Of a stretch of DNA of 31,982 nucleotides, positions 1 to 9,269 are shown one piece after another. A program made the position numbers and the translations under genes. The notes beneath the pieces are model-generated. The model did no database searches. It had not been told where the DNA came from and saw only the letters and a program-made list of their open reading frames with translations. Every line of letters starts with the position of its first letter. The stretch's first letter is position 1. Source of the stretch: Promethearchaeota archaeon Loki_b31 (lineage in GTDB: Archaea; Asgardarchaeota; Lokiarchaeia; Sigyniarchaeales; SOKP01); contig NJBI01000039.1 in NCBI GenBank assembly GCA_005222975.1, positions 1 through 31,982 on the forward strand. Reading direction: 5' to 3'.

Positions 1-27
1 ATACTTTTTTGAGTCTTTTAAGAAATT

Positions 28-381
28 TTAGTGTGCGTTAATAAAATTTATTAGGATATTTAAATTGCCATTATCAGAGATTAAATTATTATATAGTTTT
101 GCGAAATTATTTAATGCGTTATAAATAGTTAAAAGCAAAACGTCATTATCTTTCATTTCGTTTAAATGCGTCGTAATGCTAACAATATTAAGGCCTAAAT
201 GAATATTTATTTCCTTATCTTCCTTAATCTTAAAATACTCTGTAATTATTTCTCCAATCCTTAAAGCTGCATACCAAGCTAAATTCTCAAAACTTTCATA
301 CAAGATAACGCAGGAAAAACTTTTTCCCCAAGATATACTATTTTCAATGAATTTTATATACTCATTTTCGGATATTGCCAT
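28..381 (-). CDS. hypothetical protein (117 aa)
   Basis: ATG ORF preceded by AGGAGAG (RBS-like), codirectional with 451-1164; no recognisable motif. Confidence 0.65.
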   Translation of the reverse strand: MAISENEYIKFIENSISWGKSFSCVILYESFENLAWYAALRIGEIITEYFKIKEDKEINIHLGLNIVSITTHLNEMKDNDVLLLTIYNALNNFAKLYNNLISDNGNLNILINFINAH

Positions 382-450
382 TTCTCTCCTTTTTCAATTT
401 TTCTAATAACATAAAACTACAATTTTCTATTATTGAATTATCTTTAGGTT

Positions 451-1164
451 TTACCCCAAGACTATACAGCAAGCAGCATCCATTAGTATGGCTATATCAG
501 TCATATATTGAGCAAATTCTTGATCTGTGCAATTTATAATCCAATCAAGGAGTAAATTCTCACATTTAACCTGTAATTCATCCATCATTTCGTTAAATAT
601 CTCTAAATCTACGAAAGACATTCTATTATGCTTAAATTTGATGAAATTGTCCTTAATAATAGGCTCGTCTTGCTGCCAACGTTCTTCGCATATAACTTCA
701 AACTTGTCGTGGTCTACTTTGAACTTGAGAAGACCAGAAACACCTTTTAAGAAATTTAAAAAGAACCCGTCATCATTAGCAGCCCCCTTATTAGATTTGT
801 CACTCTTAGAGTCTGATATATATCTATACATTGACTTTAAAGAATGGTATGGTGTTGCCCAATCCGTAATAAAATGAAAACTCCATCCAAGCCAACGAGA
901 CCAAGAATGATCACCAGAATTATAAGCTTCAGAGGCTTTATTGATATATTGGATCGACAATTCCTTTGCTTTAGCAGTATGGTCAGCAAACCATCCGATT
1001 GAAGTCATTATCGCTTCGAACATCCCTTTACCTAAATCCTCCCTGTTCTTTTCATCTGGTTCTACTGATGAAGATTCGAGTATTTGTAAGTCATTTGAAT
1101 CTATTGCATGAGATCCGTATAATCCTACTAATCGAGCTAAACCTTTATGTGTGATCTCTTTCAA
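451..1164 (-). CDS. Zn-dependent phospholipase C / S1-P1 nuclease-fold protein
   Basis: N-terminal ITH, central LGWSFHFITDWATPYH (LGxxxHxxxDxxxPxH) and HDKFE (HxxxE) match the trinuclear Zn ligand pattern; TTG start. Confidence 0.7.
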   Translation of the reverse strand: MKEITHKGLARLVGLYGSHAIDSNDLQILESSSVEPDEKNREDLGKGMFEAIMTSIGWFADHTAKAKELSIQYINKASEAYNSGDHSWSRWLGWSFHFITDWATPYHSLKSMYRYISDSKSDKSNKGAANDDGFFLNFLKGVSGLLKFKVDHDKFEVICEERWQQDEPIIKDNFIKFKHNRMSFVDLEIFNEMMDELQVKCENLLLDWIINCTDQEFAQYMTDIAILMDAACCIVLG

Positions 1165-1229
1165 TTCTTATCCTTTTCCTCTACTTTATTGAATAATTGT
1201 CCTTCCAGATATTCATTTGAAATGGAATA

Positions 1230-1270
1230 AGTCTATTATATAAAAATAATATTTTTATATAAATAAGACT
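1230..1270. promoter_or_regulatory. inverted repeat containing back-to-back TATA-like boxes in a divergent intergenic region
   Basis: TTATATAAAAATA-A-TATTTTTATATAA (1236-1262, perfect 13-bp arms), flanked by AGTCT/AGACT. Confidence 0.45.
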
Positions 1271-1438
1271 AGTTTAGTTCAATGATTATAAACTGCTAAA
1301 TAGTTCATACCAGTGTGAACTATTAACTTTTTAATTATTAATTACGGTAGTTAATTATGGTATTTTTATCATATACCACCGGTAATATAATAAGCCTATA
1401 AATATAGGATTTTAAATATTTTTAATCTAAGATAGAAC

Positions 1439-2038
1439 ATGGATGTTTTTAAATTAAGAGAATCTTTATTCGAAGATATCGACGAATATCTAAAAATTAG
1501 GGACATATATAAGCTATCACCAACATCAAAAGGAGATTTTTTTGAAGAAATAATGCGGAACTTCTTTCAAAAAGTTTTGCCTTCTGGATATTCTGTTTAT
1601 CATGGAAATATTATAAATGGAACAATTGAAACTGCTGAAATAGATTTAATAGTAGTCGATAACGCATTAAAGGATAACTATTTGAAGTATAGCGTAAATA
1701 ATGTAATTGTTGTTGATAAAAGTTGTGTTAAATTAGTAGCGCAATTAAAAACAAGAATCGATGATATGGAGGCCTTTCAAAGTGTTAAAGAAAATCTGGA
1801 AACTGTAAAAGATATTGATACCTCAATTCCATGTCTATTAATTGCCGCATTTAATACATGTGGGGGAGAAAATATTAAGAAGCAGCAAACATCGAATTTA
1901 CCAGAGAAATCGATTTTTTGTTATAAATCTACAAGAAAAAGGGGTCCTAAGGGAAAGGTGAAAACATACCACAGAGAACGAAATGAAGCTCAAGTTGATT
2001 CGCTAATCGAATTTTTAATTAAGAAATTCTATAAATGA
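1439..2038 (+). CDS. DUF6602-like putative PD-(D/E)XK nuclease
   Basis: KGDFFEEIMRNFFQKVLPSGYSVYHGNII...EIDLIVVD...VAQLKT fits the G-x2-E...LP...G-x-II...D-x-I-V-x-D...(E/Q)xK pattern. Confidence 0.6.
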   Translation: MDVFKLRESLFEDIDEYLKIRDIYKLSPTSKGDFFEEIMRNFFQKVLPSGYSVYHGNIINGTIETAEIDLIVVDNALKDNYLKYSVNNVIVVDKSCVKLVAQLKTRIDDMEAFQSVKENLETVKDIDTSIPCLLIAAFNTCGGENIKKQQTSNLPEKSIFCYKSTRKRGPKGKVKTYHRERNEAQVDSLIEFLIKKFYK

Positions 2039-2789
2039 AATTAATTAAATCCCTATATTTACCATAACTAAATACTCTTAGAATTAATTAATAAGTTGAT
2101 AAACAACTTTTTTTTTTAAAATTTTTCAAACTGTTCGTGATCAGTATTCTAAAAATAATCCGTTCTGTTATTTCCATTGGTAAATCATTTTTATTTCTTC
2201 ATTTTGTATTATTTGATAAAAAACTCATAAAATGATCTAAAGTATAAAAGCATTTAAACAAAAAATGTAGTTCCAGATTGATTTACTGGTAAATTTTGAG
2301 ACTTGTAAAATTAGCAATTACAATACTTCTACTTCCATTTCAAGAGGAGAGATCCTCTTCACAATTTTACGGGGTAATTTTGCATTAATGAAAAGCATTG
2401 CTATTTTTTGCGTTTAGAAGCGTAAACGAAATAAAAATCAAATCTTCTTTGTAATTTGTAATTACCATTTCATGATCAAATTTCGATTGTGTATTTCAGG
2501 ATTGATTTTTGTTGATCAAAAATAGTTTACAGTAGTATTCACTATTCACGGGAAAATCTCATATAAAAACTTTTCGCAAAGTTTATATACTAAATGTTAA
2601 ATGAACTTTTAAAGATATTTATAAAGGCAAAATCGCTTAAAAGAAGAAAACAAGAGTTTATAAATCTGAAATTTTATTTAATTAGACAGAACTTCGAGTT
2701 TAGATTTTTTCTACATATTTAAAAAGGTTATGATAAAAATAATTTTGAAATTAAAGAACTTTATATAATAAAAATGGAATTAGAATAAA

Positions 2790-3974
2790 ATGGTCAGCAT
2801 AAAAGAAGAGATCAAAAAAGATATTATAAGTAGATTTGAACAAGAAATCGAAAAATTTTATCTTGGTGAGCCCCATAAATCTGTCTCACAGATACATCAA
2901 GAGTTTAAGGAGCATTTCAGTGATAAAACAATCCAAAACATTGGTAAAACCTACTTTCCTGAAGATTATAAAATAATGTATAGTAAACCTAAAGTATCAC
3001 AAGAAGTGTATAAGGATATAAAGGTAAGAATTGCTAATGAAATTGAAAGTTTTTATTCAGGCTGTTCAGCAACCCCTCTTGAACATATTTATAAAGAATT
3101 TAAAAGTGTTATAAATTCTGTAGATACAATTTATTACATTGGGAAGAAAGAATTTCCTGATGAATATAATGATATCTGGGCAAGGCTACCTCTTCCAGAT
3201 GAAGTCATGAGAGAAATAATAAATAGTTTAAAAAAAGAGATTTCAAACTATAAGAATGGCATAAAACCGAAATCATTAAGTCGAATTCACAACGATTTTC
3301 AAGAAAGAGTAAAGTCTATTTCTGTTATTGCAAAGATAGCCAAAGAGAAATTTCCAAAATATTATGGTAAAATATGGACTAAAGTCAAGATTACGCCTGA
3401 AATTAAAAATAAAGCAATAAATAGGATAGAAGAAGAAATCGATGTTTATAAAAACAATCGTGAACCTATGTCAATACGAGATATATGGAAAGAGGGCTTT
3501 CAGCTTTATATGTCAGAGGGTCAGCTTGGTGAAATTGGAAGAAATGCCTACCCCGAAGATTATAAACTTATATGGGGTGCTTATAGATTACCTTTCGAGG
3601 TTAAAGAAAAATTGATAGAAACTATTAATAATGAGATTTCTAAATATGATTTAGGAAAGACACCAGATTCCCTACGCGAAATTCAGCGAAAGTTTGATAA
3701 GTGGGTTAAATCAAAAGATCATATAATTTCCATAGCAAAAAATGTGAACCCTGAAAAATATGACGAAATATGGAGCATCCCGCGTATTCCAGAGCATATT
3801 AAAATTCAGGTAACAGAAGTAATAAGAAATGAAATTGATAAATACAATAAGGGAATTAAACCAAGAACCATTAAAGAAATTAGGGAGAATTCTTTTATTC
3901 AATTTATTCATGCAAAAGATACAATTAGTCGTATAGCTAAGGAAGCATTTCCCAAAGAGTACCTGCTTATTTGG
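2790..3974 (+). repeat. six protein-level tandem repeats of 66 aa (198 nt)
   Basis: Conserved Pro at aa 57, 123, 189, 255, 321, 388 and Y/W at aa 64, 130, 196, 262, 328, 395; consensus E-x3-I-x6-EI-x2-Y-x2-G-x2-P-x-S-x3-I...S-x2-TI-x2-I(A/G)K-x2-FP-x2-Y-x2-IW. Confidence 0.9.
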
Positions 3975-4799
3975 AAGAAAAAAATTCCTTATGAGACAAG
4001 GCTTGATATTATTAAAGACATTGAGAATTTTGACGACCCTAATGTTAGAACAATGGGACAAATTGCAAAAAAACATGGAGTGAGTAATGGTACAGTTGGT
4101 CGTATTTCTGTAAACGAGATTGACCATGCATGTACAAATTTTAGCCATGATGATCGTTTTCCTAAAGACCCTTATGCTGATTTAGGGACTGTAGTTCATA
4201 ATATTCTCAAACATTTAATTACAATTCATTTTTGGAGTATGGATTTAAAAATATATTCAGAAATAATTGTAAATTTTAACACTGGTGTTTCAGTTGATAA
4301 TTTTTTCCTTAATGTCAAATCTCATGATTATTTATACAGAGTATTGGAACATAATAGACATTTAGCAAGGGAAATGCGCTTAGATAGCGATAAAATAAGA
4401 AATCTAAATGGTTTTATGTTTGACTATACTAGTGATGTATCAGAAAAAAACATTAAAGCTAAAGCTATGAAATATCAAAAAAAGCATAAATTATTTTTCA
4501 TCGTAGGAACCAGATGGCCAAGGAAATATAAAAAAAGGACTATAGATACAAATTATAAAAATATACGAATTATCAAACATGATCTATTTGCTGAATTAAT
4601 AAGGATACATGGTGATTTATTAAAAACTTTCGAGTATATTATTGAACTGAATTATGTGTTTGATTTAAATGCTTTAAAAGAATTTTTTATAGACATTAAA
4701 AAGGATCTTCTAAATATATTAGGTAGATATTTATTTGTAAATGAGGATCTTAAAAGAGATCTAAAAAAAATAGGTATAGACCATGCAGATTTCTTTTAA
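2790..4799 (+). CDS. tandem 66-aa HTH-like repeat protein with a C-terminal putative PD-(D/E)XK nuclease domain
   Basis: Six repeats, then a classical HTH (MGQIAKKHGVSNGTVGRIS), then GTVVH..SE..VD..FDYT..K..KY. Confidence 0.75.
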   Translation: MVSIKEEIKKDIISRFEQEIEKFYLGEPHKSVSQIHQEFKEHFSDKTIQNIGKTYFPEDYKIMYSKPKVSQEVYKDIKVRIANEIESFYSGCSATPLEHIYKEFKSVINSVDTIYYIGKKEFPDEYNDIWARLPLPDEVMREIINSLKKEISNYKNGIKPKSLSRIHNDFQERVKSISVIAKIAKEKFPKYYGKIWTKVKITPEIKNKAINRIEEEIDVYKNNREPMSIRDIWKEGFQLYMSEGQLGEIGRNAYPEDYKLIWGAYRLPFEVKEKLIETINNEISKYDLGKTPDSLREIQRKFDKWVKSKDHIISIAKNVNPEKYDEIWSIPRIPEHIKIQVTEVIRNEIDKYNKGIKPRTIKEIRENSFIQFIHAKDTISRIAKEAFPKEYLLIWKKKIPYETRLDIIKDIENFDDPNVRTMGQIAKKHGVSNGTVGRISVNEIDHACTNFSHDDRFPKDPYADLGTVVHNILKHLITIHFWSMDLKIYSEIIVNFNTGVSVDNFFLNVKSHDYLYRVLEHNRHLAREMRLDSDKIRNLNGFMFDYTSDVSEKNIKAKAMKYQKKHKLFFIVGTRWPRKYKKRTIDTNYKNIRIIKHDLFAELIRIHGDLLKTFEYIIELNYVFDLNALKEFFIDIKKDLLNILGRYLFVNEDLKRDLKKIGIDHADFF

Positions 4800-4859
4800 T
4801 TCCTAATAATTTGTGATTTTTCATATTAATTTACACTAGTATAAACAAAAAAATGTATA

Positions 4860-5603
4860 TTATGGCATTGAAATTTCGGATTGATCTTCTCCAATAATAA
4901 ACGTATACTCATACAATGTTTCTGTATGAGAATCATCATGTTGAATCGAGACTGTACTTGCTTTCGGACCAAATCGTTTTAATATGGTTATAATTTTTCC
5001 AACCTGTCCGATGTTCTTTCCTGACATGATAATTGCAAGGTGACCTTCCTTAAATTTTAGGTTTTTAATAATCTGTTGATCTGGAATTGTGATTTTCAAG
5101 ACGTCCATACGCCGATACACATCTTCTTTAGGATTCTTTGGATCCTTAATACTGATAAAAATATTCCTCCCATCGTGCAAGTTTAATTGTATGTTTCCCC
5201 CTTTTAAAGTGGTTTTTTGTGTTATCCTGCATAGTTTAAATGTGCTTTCTGCTTCAGGAATTTCGTGTAAAATTAATCCATGATGTGAGTCCGGTAATAC
5301 GCGATAATGTGTGTTCGTTTTTTCTATACTTAGCACATCCATTAAACCTACTGGATATGTTGTATCTTTTACTACTCTTCCATCTACCTTAAAATTACCG
5401 AGTCCTATTAATTTTTTCGCTTCTCTATGGTTATCGACTATCTTCAGAAGATCCCTGACAATATGGAGTAAAGGTAAGCAGAATCTAATTGGATGAGGGC
5501 CAGATGATGGCTTCATAAAGAACTTGCCGTGCTTTCTTTTTATTTGTAGAAATTTAGGCGTGTTGAGTCTTTTTAACGCTCTTGAACCACCATGTCTAGT
5601 CAT
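4860..5603 (-). CDS. rps4e: 30S ribosomal protein S4e
   Basis: LKRLNTP, PSSGPH, LPLLHIVRDLL, VDGRV, YPVGLMDV, QLNLHDGRN. Confidence 0.97.
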   Translation of the reverse strand: MTRHGGSRALKRLNTPKFLQIKRKHGKFFMKPSSGPHPIRFCLPLLHIVRDLLKIVDNHREAKKLIGLGNFKVDGRVVKDTTYPVGLMDVLSIEKTNTHYRVLPDSHHGLILHEIPEAESTFKLCRITQKTTLKGGNIQLNLHDGRNIFISIKDPKNPKEDVYRRMDVLKITIPDQQIIKNLKFKEGHLAIIMSGKNIGQVGKIITILKRFGPKASTVSIQHDDSHTETLYEYTFIIGEDQSEISMP

Positions 5604-6035
5604 CTATTTCTCCCCCTCCTCTTTTTGTTTTTTTGGAGCTCTTAACTCTTCTTCCCTTAATCCAAAAACGTATTTCCTGTCAATCATACTTGCCCGCCAG
5701 GGGTCCATTTTTTTTTCTTTTGCGAATTTTGCTATTACCAAATTCGATATGTGAATAGCTGGATGAAACTGCGTTCCATCTGCTTTATCAAAAGTTGCTT
5801 CCTTAATTTTTGCTCTCTGGTTTTTCGTGATCTCCATAACTTCTCCCTCAAAATTTTTGAATTCACCCTTCACAACTTTAACCCCATCACCAACTCTAAG
5901 GGGAAGTGTTCTAATCCCATACTCATCTCTTAGAAAATCGGCAACTCTTGTTGATAATAGTTTTGATCTTTGATGATTCTTATGAGTAAATAACGCTTTC
6001 CGCTGCTTTTTAGGCTGTTTTGATTTTGCTTTCAT
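5604..6035 (-). CDS. rplX: 50S ribosomal protein L24 (uL24)
   Basis: SKQPKKQRK, YGIRTLPLRVGDGVKVVKG (KOW), IHISNL; operon position. Confidence 0.96.
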   Translation of the reverse strand: MKAKSKQPKKQRKALFTHKNHQRSKLLSTRVADFLRDEYGIRTLPLRVGDGVKVVKGEFKNFEGEVMEITKNQRAKIKEATFDKADGTQFHPAIHISNLVIAKFAKEKKMDPWRASMIDRKYVFGLREEELRAPKKQKEEGEK

Positions 6036-6058
6036 ACTTTTTAACCTTATGATCTTAA

Positions 6059-6484
6059 TTAAATAATTAATGAAGAAATGGATGCTAAACGTGGAAATAA
6101 TTCAGCAGCTTCCCTCGCAATTGGGCCCCGAATTTCTGTACCTTTAGGATCGCCTTCCTTGGTTATCAAAACTCCTGCATTATCTTCAAAAGATAATCTT
6201 GTGCCGTCTAATCGCCTATATATCATCTTTTGTCTAACGATTACAGCTTTCAATATAGTTCCGCGTAAGTCAGGGCGACCTTTTTTAACGGTTACTGTGC
6301 AAACAGACCCCACAGAAGCTTTTGGCAACCTTCTTAAACGGGTTTTTGCATGGTCGACGTTAATTATTTGTGCAATCTTTGCACCAGAATTATCAGTAAT
6401 AAAAATTTTTGAACCATTTTGTACACCGTAACTAGTTCTTGCTTTCATCTGCACTTTTCTTCCCATTTTTCTTCTAGTTCCCAT
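6059..6484 (-). CDS. rplN: 50S ribosomal protein L14 (uL14)
   Basis: DNSGAK, VKKGRPDLR, AVIVRQK, FEDNAGV, KGTEIRGPIAREAA. Confidence 0.97.
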   Translation of the reverse strand: MGTRRKMGRKVQMKARTSYGVQNGSKIFITDNSGAKIAQIINVDHAKTRLRRLPKASVGSVCTVTVKKGRPDLRGTILKAVIVRQKMIYRRLDGTRLSFEDNAGVLITKEGDPKGTEIRGPIAREAAELFPRLASISSLII

Positions 6485-6835
6485 CTACATCGCCCCACTC
6501 TTTATTTTATCTAATACTATGAATGCTTTTGTCTTTGAGAGTTTTCTGCTTTCTCCTACACGCACTAAATCTCCTACTTGAATTTCGGCAGTCAAACATT
6601 CGGGTAAATGACATGCAAGACGCGAGTTACGCCTTTCATATCGTTGATACTTCTTAACAAATTGAACATAATCTTGTCTAATAATTACAGTGTTTTTTGA
6701 TTTTTTATTAACCACTACTCCTTGAGTAATCTTACCTCTTATTCGTGTATTTCCGTGAAATGGACAATCCTTATCGCTACATTCACGCATTTTTGGAGGA
6801 TTTACTCCGGGAATACCGATATTTCGAACACTCAT
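6485..6835 (-). CDS. rpsQ: 30S ribosomal protein S17 (uS17)
   Basis: CSDKDCPFHG, KYQRYERR, GDLVRVGESRKLSKTKAF. Confidence 0.97.
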   Translation of the reverse strand: MSVRNIGIPGVNPPKMRECSDKDCPFHGNTRIRGKITQGVVVNKKSKNTVIIRQDYVQFVKKYQRYERRNSRLACHLPECLTAEIQVGDLVRVGESRKLSKTKAFIVLDKIKSGAM

Positions 6836-6836
6836 T

Positions 6837-7130
6837 TTATTTTCTCAACCACTTCTTTTTTTTTAAACTTCTTAATCTGTTTTCAGGAACGCCGACAATT
6901 TTAGTTCCATTTAATTCTAACATTCCTTCTTCAAGCTTGAATCTAAAAATATAATCTTTTTTGATATACTTTTTTATTGTATTATTTTTTTCTGATATTA
7001 ACATATTTCGGGTATCGTCAATTATCATACCAATATCCGAGAATGTAGTACTATTTGATTTTGATTTAAGTTTAGCGTACGCCTTAAAGCCAATTAAATC
7101 GTGGTAAATCAAATATTTTGGACTTATCAT
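6837..7130 (-). CDS. rnp1: ribonuclease P protein subunit 1 (Rpp29/Pop4)
   Basis: HDLIG, GMIIDDTRNML, KKDYIFRF, GTKIVGVPENRL; canonical position between L29 and S17. Confidence 0.9.
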   Translation of the reverse strand: MISPKYLIYHDLIGFKAYAKLKSKSNSTTFSDIGMIIDDTRNMLISEKNNTIKKYIKKDYIFRFKLEEGMLELNGTKIVGVPENRLRSLKKKKWLRK

Positions 7131-7342
7131 TATACATTCAACTTTTTCATTTCATTTTTTACTGTAAGAACTCTTGCTATTTGTTTCCTTAAAAGTTTTG
7201 CCTTTGCGGGATTATCAGCGATACCACCACCCGTTTGTTGGCTATATAACATCATTAATTCTTCTCTTAATGTTAATAGGGTTCGCTCCCTTTCTCGTTC
7301 GTCCATTTCTCGGATTTTTGCCGCGGTAATAATATCCATCAT
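7130..7342 (-). CDS. rpmC: 50S ribosomal protein L29 (uL29)
   Basis: AAKIREM, LREELM, NPAKAKLLRKQIARVLT. Confidence 0.93.
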   Translation of the reverse strand: MMDIITAAKIREMDERERERTLLTLREELMMLYSQQTGGGIADNPAKAKLLRKQIARVLTVKNEMKKLNV

Positions 7343-7354
7343 TTACACTCTTTT

Positions 7355-8176
7355 TTACTTTTTTAACTTTTTTTCTTTTTTTTCCTTTTCATTATCTTTT
7401 TCTTCGTCTTCTTTTTCTGGCTCTAGCGAAATTTCAGAAATATCTTCTTCTTCTACTTCTTCGAATAATTCTTTTTCTACTTCGGTGAGCTCTCCTTCTT
7501 CTACGGAAATTTCGTAATCTTTCTCTGCTCTCGTTTTGGCTAATTCTGCTGCCTTTTTAACTTGCATTTTTGCTAGTGCTTCATTATTAATTTTAACTGT
7601 GTCTCCCATTCTTATGTCCGCTTGCATAATTTTTACTATGATACCAAGAGTTCCACTCTTCTGAACGCATTGGGCTACTCCTTTGTCCACTCCTACTTGA
7701 GCAGGTTGGCCCGATTTTTTCATTGTGCCAGCTCTAAACACCGTCGTCCTGGCCCTCTGGCTAGTGACCTTGCCCGAAACGATAATCTCTGTACCCTTTG
7801 CGCCAGAATCCATTATTTTGCGTAATATATAATAACCTGCCCTTCTATAATGCCTGCCTCTATCGAGACTATACGCTAGCCTCTCAGCCATAATTTGGGC
7901 GTTTAAATCGGGGTTAGGGACCTCTTCGACCTCAATCTGGGGTAATTCCAGGTCAAACTTTTCTTGTAAGATGTCTGTAATCTCTTGAATGCGCTTGCCG
8001 CCCTTGCCTATCACGAGGCCGGGACGACTAGTCTTAAGCGTTATTCTTACGCCGAGTGGTGTCTGTTGCATTTCAATACCTGCAAATCCAGCTCGAACAA
8101 ACTCTGAACGCAAGAACTCGTTTATTTGCATCAACTTAATGCCCTGTTCAATGAAATGTTTTGCCAAGGGAGTCAT
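7355..8176 (-). CDS. rpsC: 30S ribosomal protein S3 (uS3) with charged C-terminal extension
   Basis: RPGLVIGKGGKRI (KH), PDLNAQIMAERLA, GAKGTEIIVSGK. Confidence 0.97.
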   Translation of the reverse strand: MTPLAKHFIEQGIKLMQINEFLRSEFVRAGFAGIEMQQTPLGVRITLKTSRPGLVIGKGGKRIQEITDILQEKFDLELPQIEVEEVPNPDLNAQIMAERLAYSLDRGRHYRRAGYYILRKIMDSGAKGTEIIVSGKVTSQRARTTVFRAGTMKKSGQPAQVGVDKGVAQCVQKSGTLGIIVKIMQADIRMGDTVKINNEALAKMQVKKAAELAKTRAEKDYEISVEEGELTEVEKELFEEVEEEDISEISLEPEKEDEEKDNEKEKKEKKLKK

Positions 8177-8213
8177 TATCTTTAATATTTAACTTTTTTT
8201 TAATTTATTTTCA

Positions 8214-8693
8214 TTAACTTGGAAATTCGTAAATTACAATTTCTACGTGACTTAAATGCCTATATTTTGCGGTCGATCTACCGTAAGCGCGTTCAATGTA
8301 GCGTTTTATGATTCGACCCCTATGCGTAGCAGCGTGAATAATCCTGCATTGATCGATGTCTAAACCTTTATACTCTGCGTTGGATTCAACGGAAGTGAGA
8401 AGTTCATAGATTCTTGCGGCAGCTTTTTGGGGATATCTACCGGCATACCAATTAAATTGTTTTAAATCTTTTCTATGAGCTTGTTTTTTTTTATGTCTTC
8501 TGAAAGGTACTGATTGTTTTAACTGGATAACTTTTTCAAGAAACCTTTTAGCTTGGTCCAATTTCATACCATTTATCACGGCACAAATTTCTCTTGAGGG
8601 TTTTGGCTTTATCCGTAAATCTCTCCCTGAAGCTTTAGCCAATCTATCTACATCGTATTTTTCTTCGCTAAAGGAATAACCCCAGTTAGGCAT
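8214..8693 (-). CDS. rplV: 50S ribosomal protein L22 (uL22)
   Basis: REICAVINGM, VPFRRH, GRYPQKAA, NAEYKGLD, RAYGRST, HVEIV. Confidence 0.96.
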   Translation of the reverse strand: MPNWGYSFSEEKYDVDRLAKASGRDLRIKPKPSREICAVINGMKLDQAKRFLEKVIQLKQSVPFRRHKKKQAHRKDLKQFNWYAGRYPQKAAARIYELLTSVESNAEYKGLDIDQCRIIHAATHRGRIIKRYIERAYGRSTAKYRHLSHVEIVIYEFPS

Positions 8694-8735
8694 TTTATAT
8701 CATCTCAATTATTTATTATATTATTATAATATTGA

Positions 8736-9269
8736 TTACTTTAAAGGAACATATTTACTTGAACGTGTGGCCCCAATTCCGGGGGAACCATGTTGAACGC
8801 GCCTTCTAGTGAGTGAAAACTCTCCTAAGTAATGTCCAATCATTTCAGGTTTTACATCAACAATTTCATATTGTTTTCCGTTATAGACGCCTATTTTCAA
8901 ACCTACCATCTCAGGAAAAATCAACATATCTCTCACATGTGTTCGCGTAAGAAGATCTTTTCCTCTTTTTTTGGCTCTGTATGCTCGTCTTAGTCTTTCA
9001 AGGAGCTTTCTCTGTCTAGGAGGTAATCCTCTTTTTAGTGATCTTCGTGCTCGTGCTGGTAGCAATTGAATAAACGCGTCCATATTCATTCTCTTTAATT
9101 GATCTAATGTGTAGCCTCTATAATGAAATTTAAGACGATCTCTTTCTTTTGCAAGGTCTAATTCTTTGGTATCTTCTACTTCTTCAGATTCTTTAGAAGA
9201 TTCTTTTGCAGCATCTTCTGTTTTCGTTTCTTTTTGTTTTCCATCGTTCTGTTCTTCATTTGGAGCCAT
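8736..9269 (-). CDS. rpsS: 30S ribosomal protein S19 (uS19) with acidic N-terminal extension
   Basis: [56 protein letters not shown]. Confidence 0.97.
   Translation of the reverse strand: MAPNEEQNDGKQKETKTEDAAKESSKESEEVEDTKELDLAKERDRLKFHYRGYTLDQLKRMNMDAFIQLLPARARRSLKRGLPPRQRKLLERLRRAYRAKKRGKDLLTRTHVRDMLIFPEMVGLKIGVYNGKQYEIVDVKPEMIGHYLGEFSLTRRRVQHGSPGIGATRSSKYVPLK

Noticed and set aside
2790-3974. CRISPR array or DNA tandem repeat
   Set aside because: The periodicity is at protein level with diverged DNA; no repeat-spacer array was seen in the window
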